Assembly: GCA_029245525.1 (NCBI GenBank)
Contig: JAQWPD010000101.1
Span: forward strand, 47,197-111,196
Source of the DNA: Gammaproteobacteria bacterium
GTDB lineage: Bacteria > Pseudomonadota > Gammaproteobacteria > Steroidobacterales > GCA-2729495
Length of the DNA: 64,000 nt
Reading direction: 5' to 3'
Part shown: positions 54,691 to 64,000 of the stretch, piece by piece
Layout: each line of letters opens with the position of its first letter
Position numbering within the stretch: position 1 is the first letter of the stretch
Position numbers and translations under genes: made by a program
The notes under the pieces: generated by a model
Databases searched by the model: none
Seen by the model: only the letters and a program-made list of their open reading frames with translations
Told to the model about the DNA's origin: nothing

Positions 54691-57600
54691 TGACACCCTC
54701 CTTCGATGAAAACGCATTGCTTTGGTCTTCGTGAATCGTTGCTTCCATTTCTTCGTCGTGTCGCTTGCGCTCCTGCAAAACCCGCTTGTAATCAGTAGGC
54801 ATAACCTTCACGAATTGACTCAAAATTTCAGGCCAACCATCAAGCAGCTTACCCGCAACAGCAGAGCCAGTGTATTTATCATGCAATTCCACAAGTTCAC
54901 GCAACTCAGCAATATCATCTTCATCGTCAACCGTGTCCAGCTCTACCATGCCCATATTGCACTTCGCCGCGAAGTCACCGGCTTGATCCCAGATATACGC
55001 TACGCCGCCTGACATACCAGCCGCAAAGTTAATTCCGGTTGAGCCAAGAACAACCGCCACGCCGCCTGTCATGTATTCGCAACCATGGTCGCCAACACCT
55101 TCAACCACCGTCTTTGCACCACTATTGCGCACGCAGAAACGCTCAGCAGCTTTGCCCCGGAAGAAAGCACGACCGCCGGTAGCGCCATACAGAGCTACAT
55201 TACCGATCAGCACATTGTCTTCAGCGACAAATGAACTTTGTTTCGGCGGATAGATAACGACACGCCCGCCTGACAATCCTTTACCCACATAATCATTACT
55301 GTCGCCTTCCAGCTCCAGAGTAATGCCTCGGGCAAGGAAAGCACCAAAGCTTTGGCCGGCAGAACCCGTGAAGCGAATATGAATTGTATCGACCGGCAAA
55401 CCTTTTTCGCCCCAACGGTTCACTACCGTATTAGTTAGCATGGTACCAACAGTCCGGTTGGTGTTTACGATGGGCACTTCTAAGTCCACCCTTGTGCCGT
55501 TTTCAATAGCATCTTTTGCCATGACAATTAAACGTTTATCGAGGGCCAACTCAAGATCATGATCCTGCGAAATAGTCTGCCGGACTTGCGTATTCGGGTG
55601 CAGCTTTTGAGCTGGTTCGAGAATCGGCGAAAGGTCGAGCCCATCGGACTTCCAATGGTTAATGGCATCCCTAGCCTCTAACAGGTCAACACGACCAATA
55701 AGGTCATTCATACGGCGGATACCCAGCCCGGCCATAATTTCACGAGCTTCTTCAGCAACCATAAACAGGTAGTTCACGATATGTTCAGGGGCTCCGGCAA
55801 ACTTCTTACGCAGCACCTTATCCTGGGTCGCAATACCTACTGGACAGGTATTCAAGTGACATTTACGCATCATGATGCAGCCCATAGCAATCAGCGGTGC
55901 TGTCGAGAAACCCATTTCTTCTGCTCCGAGCGCCGCTGCAATAACCACGTCGCGACCGGTCTTTAAGCCGCCATCGGTTTGCAAGGTTACGCGACTGCGA
56001 AGGTCGTTAAGAACCAGTGTCTGATGCGTTTCCGCCAGGCCCAACTCCCATGGCAAACCCGCATGCTTTACAGAGGTAAGTGGTGATGCGCCTGTACCAC
56101 CCGTATCACCCGAAATCAGAATGTGATCTGAATGAGCCTTAGCTACACCAGCCGCAATGGTGCCCACACCAACTTCGGAGACCAGCTTCACGCTAATGCG
56201 CGCTTTTGGATTTGCGTTCTTCAGATCGTAAATAAGCTGCGCAAGGTCCTCAATTGAATAGATGTCGTGATGCGGAGGTGGTGAGATTAAACCCACACCC
56301 GGGGTCGAGTAACGCAACCTGGCGATGTTGTCATCAACCTTACGGCCAGGCAGCTCGCCGCCTTCTCCGGGCTTAGCACCCTGCGCCATTTTAATTTGCA
56401 GTTCGTCGGCATTCGCCAGATACCAGGCCGTAACACCAAAGCGGCCGGAAGCAATCTGCTTAATTGCCGAACGCTTAGAGTCGCCATTGGGCAACGGCGT
56501 AAATCGCGCAGGATCTTCGCCGCCTTCCCCTGTATTGGACTTGCCTCCAATACGATTCAGCGCAACTGCCAGCGTCTCATGAGACTCCGGAGAAATTGAG
56601 CCAAAGCTCATTGCGCCGGTACAGAAGCGCTTAACAATTTCACCAGCAGACTCAACTTTATCCAACGGTATAGACTTGGCAGACTTAAAGCGCAACAAAC
56701 CACGCAAGGTACAATTCTCACGAGCATCGTCGTTCAACTTGTTCGCAAAAGCCTTGTACGCATCTTTGTTATTAGTCCGGGCTGCTGATTGCAAATTTGC
56801 AATATTATTTGGTGTCCATGCATGACGTTCGCCAGCACTGCGCCAATGGAAATCACCGGGATTCGGCAACGCAGGCAGCCTGTCTTCGGTGCGCGCCGGA
56901 TACGCTAAATTGTGGCGACGCATAGACTCTTGTTCGAGCACGTCAAAACTTACGCCCTGCAAACGGCTTGCGGTACCCGAGAAACAGCGATTAATCACCT
57001 CGTCACGAAGACCCAGCGCTTCAAAGATTTGAGCGCCTTTATATGATTGCAAAGTGGAAATGCCCATACGTGCCATAACCTTCAACATGCCTTTCGCAAC
57101 CGCACGCCTATAGCCCACAACAACCTCATCATCGTTCGAGTAAACGGTGGCATCGATCAGACCATCGCGGCGGGCCTGCCATAAAGCTTCAAAAGCGAGG
57201 TACGGATTAATGGCATCTGCACCATAGCCAACCAGTAAGCAATGATGATGAACTTCGCGCGCCTCAGCAGTCTCAAGCACAATCGCAATGCGGCTGCGCT
57301 TTGCTGTGGCAACCAAGTGGTGATGCACGGCACCGGTCGCCAACAATGCACTGACGGCAAGACGATCGGCACCTGCTGCGCGGTCAGACAAAAGCACTAC
57401 GCTAAAACCTTCATCAATGGCGGCTTCAGCTTCAGCGCAAATGCGTTCGATTGTTGCTACCAAGCCGCCCGGTGCTTCAGCAAGCGAATAGGTGATATCA
57501 ACAGTGCGCGACGTCCAGCCTCGATAGCTTATTTGTTTCAACGCCTCCAGACCCTCATTCGAGAGAATAGGATGACGAATACGCAGGCGCGCACAATTGG

Positions 57601-59302
57601 TCTCTTCCGTCTGAAGCAGGTTGGCCTCAGGACCAATATGGCACTCAAGCGACATAATGATTTCTTCGCGAATCGAATCAATCGGCGGATTTGTTACCTG
57701 AGCAAACATCTGCTTAAAGTAGTCATAAATCATGCGCGGCTTGTCAGATAAGCACGCTAAAGCTGAGTCATTGCCCATTGAGCCTACTGGGTCACGCAGG
57801 TCGCGAATCAATGGCAGCAGCATAAACTGCATAGTTTCCGTGGTGTAGCCGAACGACTGCATCCGCGGCAACAGTGTATCGCTATCGAGATGCTGAGCTT
57901 TAGGCTTGGGTAGATTTTTCAGCGAAAGACGACTGTTCTGCACCCACTCTGCATAAGGTTTTCTAGTGGCAAAATCGGCTTTAATCTCAGCATCCGGAAT
58001 CAGGGTTCCGTTCTCAAAATCAATGAGGAACATACGTCCCGGTTCGAGTCGGCCTTTTAGCTTGACATTCGACGGGGCAATATCGACCACACCCACTTCA
58101 CTGGCCATGATGACGCGATCATCATGAGTCAGATAGTAGCGGCTAGGGCGCAAACCATTGCGATCAAGAACTGCACCGATATAACGTCCGTCAGTAAAAG
58201 CAACAGAAGCCGGCCCATCCCACGGCTCCATCAGGCAGGAATTGTATTCGTAGAATGCACGGCGCTCGGCATCCATTTGTTTATTCTTCTGCCACGCCTC
58301 AGGCACCATCATCATAATGGCTTCCTGCAGCGTACGACCGTTCATCAACAAGAACTCGAGTACGTTATCAAACGCACCAGAATCCGAAACATCAGGCTCT
58401 ACAACCGGAAATAGGTCGGTAAGGCTTTCACCAAAAAATTCACTCTTAGCAATGCCTTCACGGGCACGCATCCAGTTAGCATTGCCGCGAAGCGTATTAA
58501 TTTCACCGTTATGCGCCATAAACCGACAGGGCTGGGCTCGGTCCCAGCTTGGGAAGGTATTGGTCGAGAACCGCGAATGCACCATCGCCAAATGCGTTGT
58601 GTAGTCCGTCTGCGACAGATCAGGATAAAACGGCTTTACCTGATCAGGCGCAAACATACCCTTATAAATAATAACTTTTGTCGACAGACTGCAAACATAA
58701 AAGGTCTTTGCCTCCTGCATACTACTGGAGCGCAAATGATGACTGGCTTTTTTACGAATTAAATACAGCTTGCGCTCAAATTCGTCGCCCTCTATACCGC
58801 TTGAGGCAATAATAAGTTGCTCAATTTTCGGCTGCGCTGCACGCGCAGTTGGGCCTATATCAGCAGCATCCGGATCAACCGGAACATCCCGCCAACCCAC
58901 CAGAATCTGGCCTTCTAAGGCGCACAGCTCTGCAACCAGATCCTTACAAATTGTGCGCTCGGCTGCATCCACCGGCAAAAAGACATTGCCTGCAGCAAAC
59001 TTTCCGGGAGCCGGAAGATCAGCCTGCAGGTCTTCTTTTGCTACTCGAGCAAGGAATTCATGCGGGAGAGCGGTAAGTATGCCTGCGCCGTCACCGGTAT
59101 TCCGCTCTGCACCGCGGGCACCTCGATGATCCATGCGGCAGGCAAGGTGGTCGGCATCCAGCAAAATCTGATGGCTGCGCTCGCCTTTAATGTGCGCAAC
59201 AAAGCCCACGCCACAGCTGTCTTTCTCGTTGGCAGGATCGTATAAACCTTGCGCTGCCGGAAAGCCAACTGCAGGAACGATGTTGCTTTGCTGATTACTC
59301 AT
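54683..59302 (-). CDS. gltB: Glutamate synthase large subunit
   Basis: 1539 aa. N-terminal amidotransferase Cys (DSCGVGF), FMN domain and GXGXG C-terminal domain. 8-nt overlap with gltD. Confidence 0.97.
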   Translation of the reverse strand: MSNQQSNIVPAVGFPAAQGLYDPANEKDSCGVGFVAHIKGERSHQILLDADHLACRMDHRGARGAERNTGDGAGILTALPHEFLARVAKEDLQADLPAPGKFAAGNVFLPVDAAERTICKDLVAELCALEGQILVGWRDVPVDPDAADIGPTARAAQPKIEQLIIASSGIEGDEFERKLYLIRKKASHHLRSSSMQEAKTFYVCSLSTKVIIYKGMFAPDQVKPFYPDLSQTDYTTHLAMVHSRFSTNTFPSWDRAQPCRFMAHNGEINTLRGNANWMRAREGIAKSEFFGESLTDLFPVVEPDVSDSGAFDNVLEFLLMNGRTLQEAIMMMVPEAWQKNKQMDAERRAFYEYNSCLMEPWDGPASVAFTDGRYIGAVLDRNGLRPSRYYLTHDDRVIMASEVGVVDIAPSNVKLKGRLEPGRMFLIDFENGTLIPDAEIKADFATRKPYAEWVQNSRLSLKNLPKPKAQHLDSDTLLPRMQSFGYTTETMQFMLLPLIRDLRDPVGSMGNDSALACLSDKPRMIYDYFKQMFAQVTNPPIDSIREEIIMSLECHIGPEANLLQTEETNCARLRIRHPILSNEGLEALKQISYRGWTSRTVDITYSLAEAPGGLVATIERICAEAEAAIDEGFSVVLLSDRAAGADRLAVSALLATGAVHHHLVATAKRSRIAIVLETAEAREVHHHCLLVGYGADAINPYLAFEALWQARRDGLIDATVYSNDDEVVVGYRRAVAKGMLKVMARMGISTLQSYKGAQIFEALGLRDEVINRCFSGTASRLQGVSFDVLEQESMRRHNLAYPARTEDRLPALPNPGDFHWRSAGERHAWTPNNIANLQSAARTNNKDAYKAFANKLNDDARENCTLRGLLRFKSAKSIPLDKVESAGEIVKRFCTGAMSFGSISPESHETLAVALNRIGGKSNTGEGGEDPARFTPLPNGDSKRSAIKQIASGRFGVTAWYLANADELQIKMAQGAKPGEGGELPGRKVDDNIARLRYSTPGVGLISPPPHHDIYSIEDLAQLIYDLKNANPKARISVKLVSEVGVGTIAAGVAKAHSDHILISGDTGGTGASPLTSVKHAGLPWELGLAETHQTLVLNDLRSRVTLQTDGGLKTGRDVVIAAALGAEEMGFSTAPLIAMGCIMMRKCHLNTCPVGIATQDKVLRKKFAGAPEHIVNYLFMVAEEAREIMAGLGIRRMNDLIGRVDLLEARDAINHWKSDGLDLSPILEPAQKLHPNTQVRQTISQDHDLELALDKRLIVMAKDAIENGTRVDLEVPIVNTNRTVGTMLTNTVVNRWGEKGLPVDTIHIRFTGSAGQSFGAFLARGITLELEGDSNDYVGKGLSGGRVVIYPPKQSSFVAEDNVLIGNVALYGATGGRAFFRGKAAERFCVRNSGAKTVVEGVGDHGCEYMTGGVAVVLGSTGINFAAGMSGGVAYIWDQAGDFAAKCNMGMVELDTVDDEDDIAELRELVELHDKYTGSAVAGKLLDGWPEILSQFVKVMPTDYKRVLQERKRHDEEMEATIHEDQSNAFSSKEGVNG

Positions 59303-59803
59303 AGATACGTACTTCTCTTATCAAACCGCCGATTAAGCGCCGTGAGCCGAAAACTATGCCGCAGTCACACGCCGCTCGATGAATAACGCTTTCAACGAGG
59401 CAGACTGCTCAAAAAATTTAGTCAAAATAAGGCTGTGAAGAAGGTAAAACCAGACGCTATTAAGGCTAAAACTGTCCGAATACTCTTGTTTTCAGCGATT
59501 ATTTCCATCATTCAATGCGACGGACCGGGCGCTGCCGACTTCAGCCCTGATCCGCACGAACAGACCAAAACAGCGACACCAGCAGGTAAATTGTTGATTT
59601 TAAAATACTTATTGGCAAAGCTTGGCTGGGAAAGTCAACACTGCGACCCAGAACCGTTAATTATAGCCATATTAGCCCGTTTTGCTCAATCCAAAGCGAT
59701 CAGAATCAAGCGCAACCATTCGCCCAAGCCATTGTTTCAACTAACAAGCACCCTTGTGACGGTCGTCACGGTCGGTGACGCATGCACATGCCAATATCAC
59801 AGT

Positions 59804-60403
59804 ATGAAAACGACGCATCAAGATGTCCTCAATTACTGGTTTGGCGGCGATAGTCTCGATTCACCGAAGCTTGATGGCCGCATGAAACTGTGGTTTAACG
59901 ACAATATCTCAGCGGATAAAGACATGGCCCAGCGTTTCGCGGCACCGGTGAAGTCGGCTATTCGGGGTCAACTCAACGACTGGGCCAAAACGCCGGAAGG
60001 CCGCCTGGCGTTGATTCTTCTGCTGGATCAGTTCACCAGGCGCATATATTACGGTCGCAGAGACGCTTACGCTGGTGATACGCTGGCGCTGCAGCTGTGC
60101 GCCAAGGGGGCTAGCTGCAACATGCACAAGGGGCTCAGTCCAATACAGCGCCTATTCTTCTTTATGCCGCTGCAACGAGCAGAATCCGAAAAAATACAAG
60201 CGCGCTCGGTTCAAGTCTATAAAGCCATGGTCCCTAAAGTTTCTGGCACCCTGCACGCGACCTTTGAGACCTTCGCCATGATTGCTGAACTCAGGCACGA
60301 CGTTATTGCAGAGCATGGCCGATTTCCTCACCGCAACGTCGCACTCGGTAGAGAGACAAGCAAGGCAGAAGCGGCGGCTTCGACATCAAGCGTCGCTGCT
60401 TAA
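59804..60403 (+). CDS. DUF924-family protein
   Basis: Start set at ATG 59804 (MKTTHQDVLNYWFG...). LWFNDN...FAAPV...LLLDQFTRRIY fits the DUF924 pattern. The 123 codons upstream in the track ORF look non-coding. Confidence 0.7.
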   Translation: MKTTHQDVLNYWFGGDSLDSPKLDGRMKLWFNDNISADKDMAQRFAAPVKSAIRGQLNDWAKTPEGRLALILLLDQFTRRIYYGRRDAYAGDTLALQLCAKGASCNMHKGLSPIQRLFFFMPLQRAESEKIQARSVQVYKAMVPKVSGTLHATFETFAMIAELRHDVIAEHGRFPHRNVALGRETSKAEAAASTSSVAA

Positions 60404-60463
60404 ACAACCCGGCGAAGACTCACACAACACTCCGACCTAGGGCATAATTGCAACATCTCAGCC

Positions 60464-61765
60464 GTGCCGGAGCAATCGATGCATTACCGTGATACCCGTA
60501 AAGTCGCCATCTTGGGCGGCAACCGCATTCCATTTTGCCGTGCTTATACCGGCTACGCGAAGCAATCTAATTTAGACATGATGACGGCAACACTGAACGG
60601 ACTGGTCAGTCGCTATAAGCTCGATGGCTTGCGGCTCGGCGATGTCGCACTCGGCGCAGTAATGAAGCATTCACGCGACTGGAACATGGCTCGCGAGGCG
60701 CTGCTAGGCACCAAGCTTGCCCCTGAGACCCCAGCCTATGACCTCCAGCGTGCCTGCGGAACCGGCCTAGAAGCTGCCATTCAGGTAGGCAATAAAATTG
60801 CATTAGGCCAAATCGACGCTGGCATTGCCGGCGGCACCGATAGCGTCAGTGACACGCCTATTGTTTATCCCGATAGCTATCGCAGCATTCTGCTAGAAAG
60901 CTTTGTCGGCAAATCCATAATCGCAAAACTAAAACCATGGCTGCGTCTGCGGCCCAGCAACTTCAAACCGGAGCTGCCGAGCAGCGGTGAACCCCGCACA
61001 GGCCTTTCGATGGGCGAAAGCACCGAGCGCACAGCTAAAGCCTGGGGCATTACCCGCGAGGCACAAGATGAGCTCGCGTTTATGAGTCACCAGCGCGCTG
61101 CCAAAGCGTGGCGTGAAAACTTCTATGCCGATCTTGTCACTCCGTTTCATGGTATTGAGCGTGACAACAACATGCGTCCCGACACCACATTGGAAAAGCT
61201 GGCCAAACTAAAGCCCGCTTTTGACCGCAGTGTCTCGGGCACCATGACCGCCGGAAACAGCACACCACTCACTGACGGGGCAAGCGCGGTGCTGCTCGCA
61301 TCAGATGAATGGGCACAGGCGCACAACCTGCCAGTACAAGCGTATCTTCGCTACGGCAAAGTTGCAGCAATTGATTTTCTCGATAAATGCCCCGACGGTT
61401 TATTGCTTGCGCCTGCGTATGCCGTTTCAGACATGCTCAACGATGCGGGGCTTGGTCTTCAGGATTTCGATTTCTACGAAATTCACGAAGCATTTGCGGC
61501 ACAAACGCTAGCAACCTTAAAAGCGTGGGAATCGAAAGAGTTCTGCCACAAAGAACTCGGCAGAAGTGACGCGCTTGGCAGCATCGACCGCAGCAAACTG
61601 AATGTTAAAGGTGGCAGTCTTGCTATGGGGCATCCATTCGCTGCAACTGGTGGGCGCATCATCGCCAGTTTGGCTAAAATCATTCATGAGAATGGCGGCG
61701 GTCGAGGACTTATCTCAGTCTGTACCGCCGGGGGCATGGGTGTTACTGCAATTGTTGAAGGCTAA
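60464..61765 (+). CDS. Acetyl-CoA C-acyltransferase (thiolase family)
   Basis: Active-site regions LQRACGTGLEA, NSTPLTDGA, and the C-terminal GGSLAMGHPFAATG...CTAGGMG. The ATG at 60479 is an alternative start. Confidence 0.85.
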   Translation: MPEQSMHYRDTRKVAILGGNRIPFCRAYTGYAKQSNLDMMTATLNGLVSRYKLDGLRLGDVALGAVMKHSRDWNMAREALLGTKLAPETPAYDLQRACGTGLEAAIQVGNKIALGQIDAGIAGGTDSVSDTPIVYPDSYRSILLESFVGKSIIAKLKPWLRLRPSNFKPELPSSGEPRTGLSMGESTERTAKAWGITREAQDELAFMSHQRAAKAWRENFYADLVTPFHGIERDNNMRPDTTLEKLAKLKPAFDRSVSGTMTAGNSTPLTDGASAVLLASDEWAQAHNLPVQAYLRYGKVAAIDFLDKCPDGLLLAPAYAVSDMLNDAGLGLQDFDFYEIHEAFAAQTLATLKAWESKEFCHKELGRSDALGSIDRSKLNVKGGSLAMGHPFAATGGRIIASLAKIIHENGGGRGLISVCTAGGMGVTAIVEG

Positions 61766-61831
61766 TGACTAGTGGGTTGCATTGCCTTGATTACGGGCGG
61801 CTGTCAAACCAATAACCGGGGTTGAAAACGA

Positions 61832-63556
61832 ATGGATGCAATGAATCAATTTTTGGCGGCGGCCAATGCCATTCTCTGGAATGACTATGTGCTTTATGTG
61901 CTGCTGGGCACAGGCATTGTGTTTACCTTCCGCAGCGGTTTCTCTCAGTACCGCGCTCTAACTCATGGCTTCACAGTAGTGCGTGGCAAATATGACCACC
62001 CGGACGATCCCGGGGCCATCAATCATTTTCAAGCACTGTCTGCCGCCTTATCCGCAACTGTCGGGCTCGGTAACATCGGTGGTGTCGCATTAGCGATTGC
62101 GCTCGGCGGCCCAGGTGCAGTCTTCTGGATGTGGGTTATTGGCCTGTTTGGGATGGCCACCAAATTGGTGGAAGTTACCTTATCCATGCTCTATCGCAAA
62201 ACCGATAACCCCGGAAACCCTCACGGCGGTCCGATGTGGGTTGTGGCTGAAGGTCTCAAGCTGAAAGGTCCGGGGTGGGCAACATTAGGACGGGTAATCG
62301 GGGTTATTTTTTGCCTCACCACGCTGATCATGTGCATGACCGGCGGCAACATGTTTCAGGCCTGGAACGTCGGTGAAATTACACAGGCCTACTTTGGTAT
62401 TCCAAGCCTTGTTTGTGGGGTAATTCTCGTTATTGTTGTCGGCAGTACCATTCTGGGCGGGATCACCCGAATCGGCGCCATTGCCGGCCGCCTAGTCCCC
62501 GGCATGCTGGCGCTTTATCTGGTTGCGGCACTTGCTGTCGTCGCCGTTAATTTAGATCAGATACCGGCGATGTTTGCGACAATTATTCGTGGCGCTTTTG
62601 GGCCATTAGAAGCCAGTGGTGCATTTATTGGCGGTACCTTTGGCTACGCATTTTTATTTGGCATGAAACGGGCTCTTTTTTCCAGCGAAGCCGGCATGGG
62701 CTCGTCGCCTATCGCGCACTCCGCGGCCAAAACCAAAGAACCTGTCCGCGAGGGCATTGTTGCTGGTCTTGAGCCTTTCATCGATACCATTGTGGTTTGC
62801 ACGCTCACCTCACTCGTTATTTTGAGTACCGGCGTGTGGCAGCGAAGCGCCGAAGCCACGCTTGCGAGTGATGCCAGCTTTGTTCAGACTGAAGCAGGCG
62901 AATGGACACTCGACAACAATACACTGGGGCCGCGCATGGAAGGTCGCTGGACGGCTAACCAGCAGGTTTTCGTTTTGTTCAACGGCGATGATAACCCCGC
63001 CAGCGGCAATCAACTCCACCAGATTAATGGCCTCACAGTAGCAGGCGAGGGCGATACCTTGTCTGTTGAATGGGATAGCGTAAATAGCCGAACCACACCG
63101 ACGCTGCATGACGGTGGTATATACGCCAGCTATGTTGGCGCAACACTCACTGCGCATGCCTTCGATACATTTGTACCCGGACTTGGGAAATGGCTCATTA
63201 CTATTGCCGTTTGGCTATTTGCGGTGAGCACAATGATTTCATGGAGCTACTACGGCGAACAGGCCATGGTCTTTCTGGCTGGCGACCGCTCAGTCCTGCC
63301 GTATAAATTTGTATATTGCTCATTAATTCTGGTCGCTACTGCGGGGCTACTCCGCACCGATGTTGAGCTCGACAACCTAAGCAGCTTTGGCTCCGGTGTC
63401 ATGCTCATTGCCAACTTGCCTATTATGTGGATCTTTGGGGGGCAGGCCATCCGAGCTTATAAAGACTACATTCATCGTTTCGATAGTGGCAAGGTTGATG
63501 ACGATCATGAACCGCCCAGCATTAACGATTTAATTAGCGGAAAAGACGTTCTCTAG
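61832..63556 (+). CDS. Alanine/glycine:cation symporter (AGCS family) with an extra soluble insertion
   Basis: FQALSAALSATVGLGNIGGVA, FSSEAGMGSSPIAHSAAKT, STMISWSYYGEQ. At 574 aa it is longer than the ~450-490 aa I remember for this family. Confidence 0.85.
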   Translation: MDAMNQFLAAANAILWNDYVLYVLLGTGIVFTFRSGFSQYRALTHGFTVVRGKYDHPDDPGAINHFQALSAALSATVGLGNIGGVALAIALGGPGAVFWMWVIGLFGMATKLVEVTLSMLYRKTDNPGNPHGGPMWVVAEGLKLKGPGWATLGRVIGVIFCLTTLIMCMTGGNMFQAWNVGEITQAYFGIPSLVCGVILVIVVGSTILGGITRIGAIAGRLVPGMLALYLVAALAVVAVNLDQIPAMFATIIRGAFGPLEASGAFIGGTFGYAFLFGMKRALFSSEAGMGSSPIAHSAAKTKEPVREGIVAGLEPFIDTIVVCTLTSLVILSTGVWQRSAEATLASDASFVQTEAGEWTLDNNTLGPRMEGRWTANQQVFVLFNGDDNPASGNQLHQINGLTVAGEGDTLSVEWDSVNSRTTPTLHDGGIYASYVGATLTAHAFDTFVPGLGKWLITIAVWLFAVSTMISWSYYGEQAMVFLAGDRSVLPYKFVYCSLILVATAGLLRTDVELDNLSSFGSGVMLIANLPIMWIFGGQAIRAYKDYIHRFDSGKVDDDHEPPSINDLISGKDVL

Positions 63557-63570
63557 AAAAAGACAATCGT

Positions 63571-64000
63571 CTAGGGCAGCGCCCATAACAGCAACCATGG
63601 CAAGGATATAAAACTTAACACCGTCGACACCAGAATTGCGCCGGCAACATCCTCTGGCGCACGATCATAGCGCGCGGCAAACAGAAAGTTGAAGACCGCA
63701 ACTGGCATACACGCTTCGATCAGAACCACCCCGCGCAGCACGCCTTGCAGATCTAAAACCTCGATGGCAAGCAATCCAGCCAGCAGGCCAAGCGAAAAAC
63801 GCAGTGCGGTGATGCCAATGGCTGTATTAATGCGTGACACTTTAAACATAGCCAACGAATAGCCCATCGCAATCAACATAAGGGGCAAGGTCATGCCGCC
63901 GAGAAGCTCAACCGTGTTGGCCAGTGCCAACGGCATCTCAGTCTCTGTCTGCAACAGCAGCAAGCCTATTAGTGCCGCATAAATTATCGGCGTGGTCAGC
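63571..64000 (-). CDS. AEC-family (auxin efflux carrier-like) permease, C-terminal part only (N-terminus beyond window)
   Basis: The reading frame stays open to nt 64000 (LTTPIIYAALIGLLLLQ... upstream of the called TTG). Hydrophobic C-terminal half with LGGMTLPLMLIAMG. Confidence 0.65.
   Translation of the reverse strand, partial: LTTPIIYAALIGLLLLQTETEMPLALANTVELLGGMTLPLMLIAMGYSLAMFKVSRINTAIGITALRFSLGLLAGLLAIEVLDLQGVLRGVVLIEACMPVAVFNFLFAARYDRAPEDVAGAILVSTVLSFISLPWLLLWALP

Noticed and set aside
59435-59803. 123-codon N-terminal extension of the DUF924 ORF, and the idea of a separate gene in the 500-bp region upstream of gltB
   Set aside because: The extension has no coherent domain or signal. 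The DUF924 homology starts exactly at the internal ATG 59804. The region is most simply the divergent gltB/DUF924 promoter region.
1-64000. Search for mobile elements, CRISPR arrays, tRNA/rRNA genes and known defence-system hallmarks
   Set aside because: I saw no repeat-spacer arrays, tRNA-like T-arm motifs outside coding sequence, transposase, integrase or recombinase ORFs, long terminal inverted repeats, or nuclease/ATPase gene pairs typical of defence islands.

Overview
This 64 kb window looks like a core chromosomal segment of a gammaproteobacterium. The evidence is gene content and order: exeAB, yadGH, nudC, polA/engB/cytochrome c4/dsbA, rsmD with ftsYEX-rpoH, dut-coaBC with radC-rpmBG, modABC, cspA, gltBD. 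The species cannot be determined from sequence alone. Coding density is high and many genes are translationally coupled through ATGA, TAATG or GTGA overlaps. I found no rRNA, tRNA, CRISPR array, transposase, integrase or prophage signature.

Most genes are recognisable housekeeping genes. The parts that deserve attention are:
1. A DUF4956 / TM-anchored CotH-beta-helix / VTC (polyphosphate-polymerase-like) operon, divergent from a family I pyrophosphatase that carries an export signal.
2. Next to it, a carbamoyltransferase-SxtJ operon ending in a 50-codon DUF5989-type micro-ORF that the ORF track missed.
3. An eight-gene arginine operon of the N-acyl-ornithine transcarbamylase (argF') type. It has no argA/argJ/argE but has an uncharacterised P-loop protein coupled between argG and argC. 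A 23-bp perfect inverted repeat sits on the argR promoter.
4. A divergent pair made of an FlhC-family zinc-ribbon regulator and a protein that looks like two tandem FlhD-like repeats, with no flagellar genes nearby.
5. A candidate sigmaE-driven ErsA/Spot42-position sRNA in the polA-engB spacer.

All family assignments come from reading the translated ORFs and from remembered family motifs. None has been checked by a database search.
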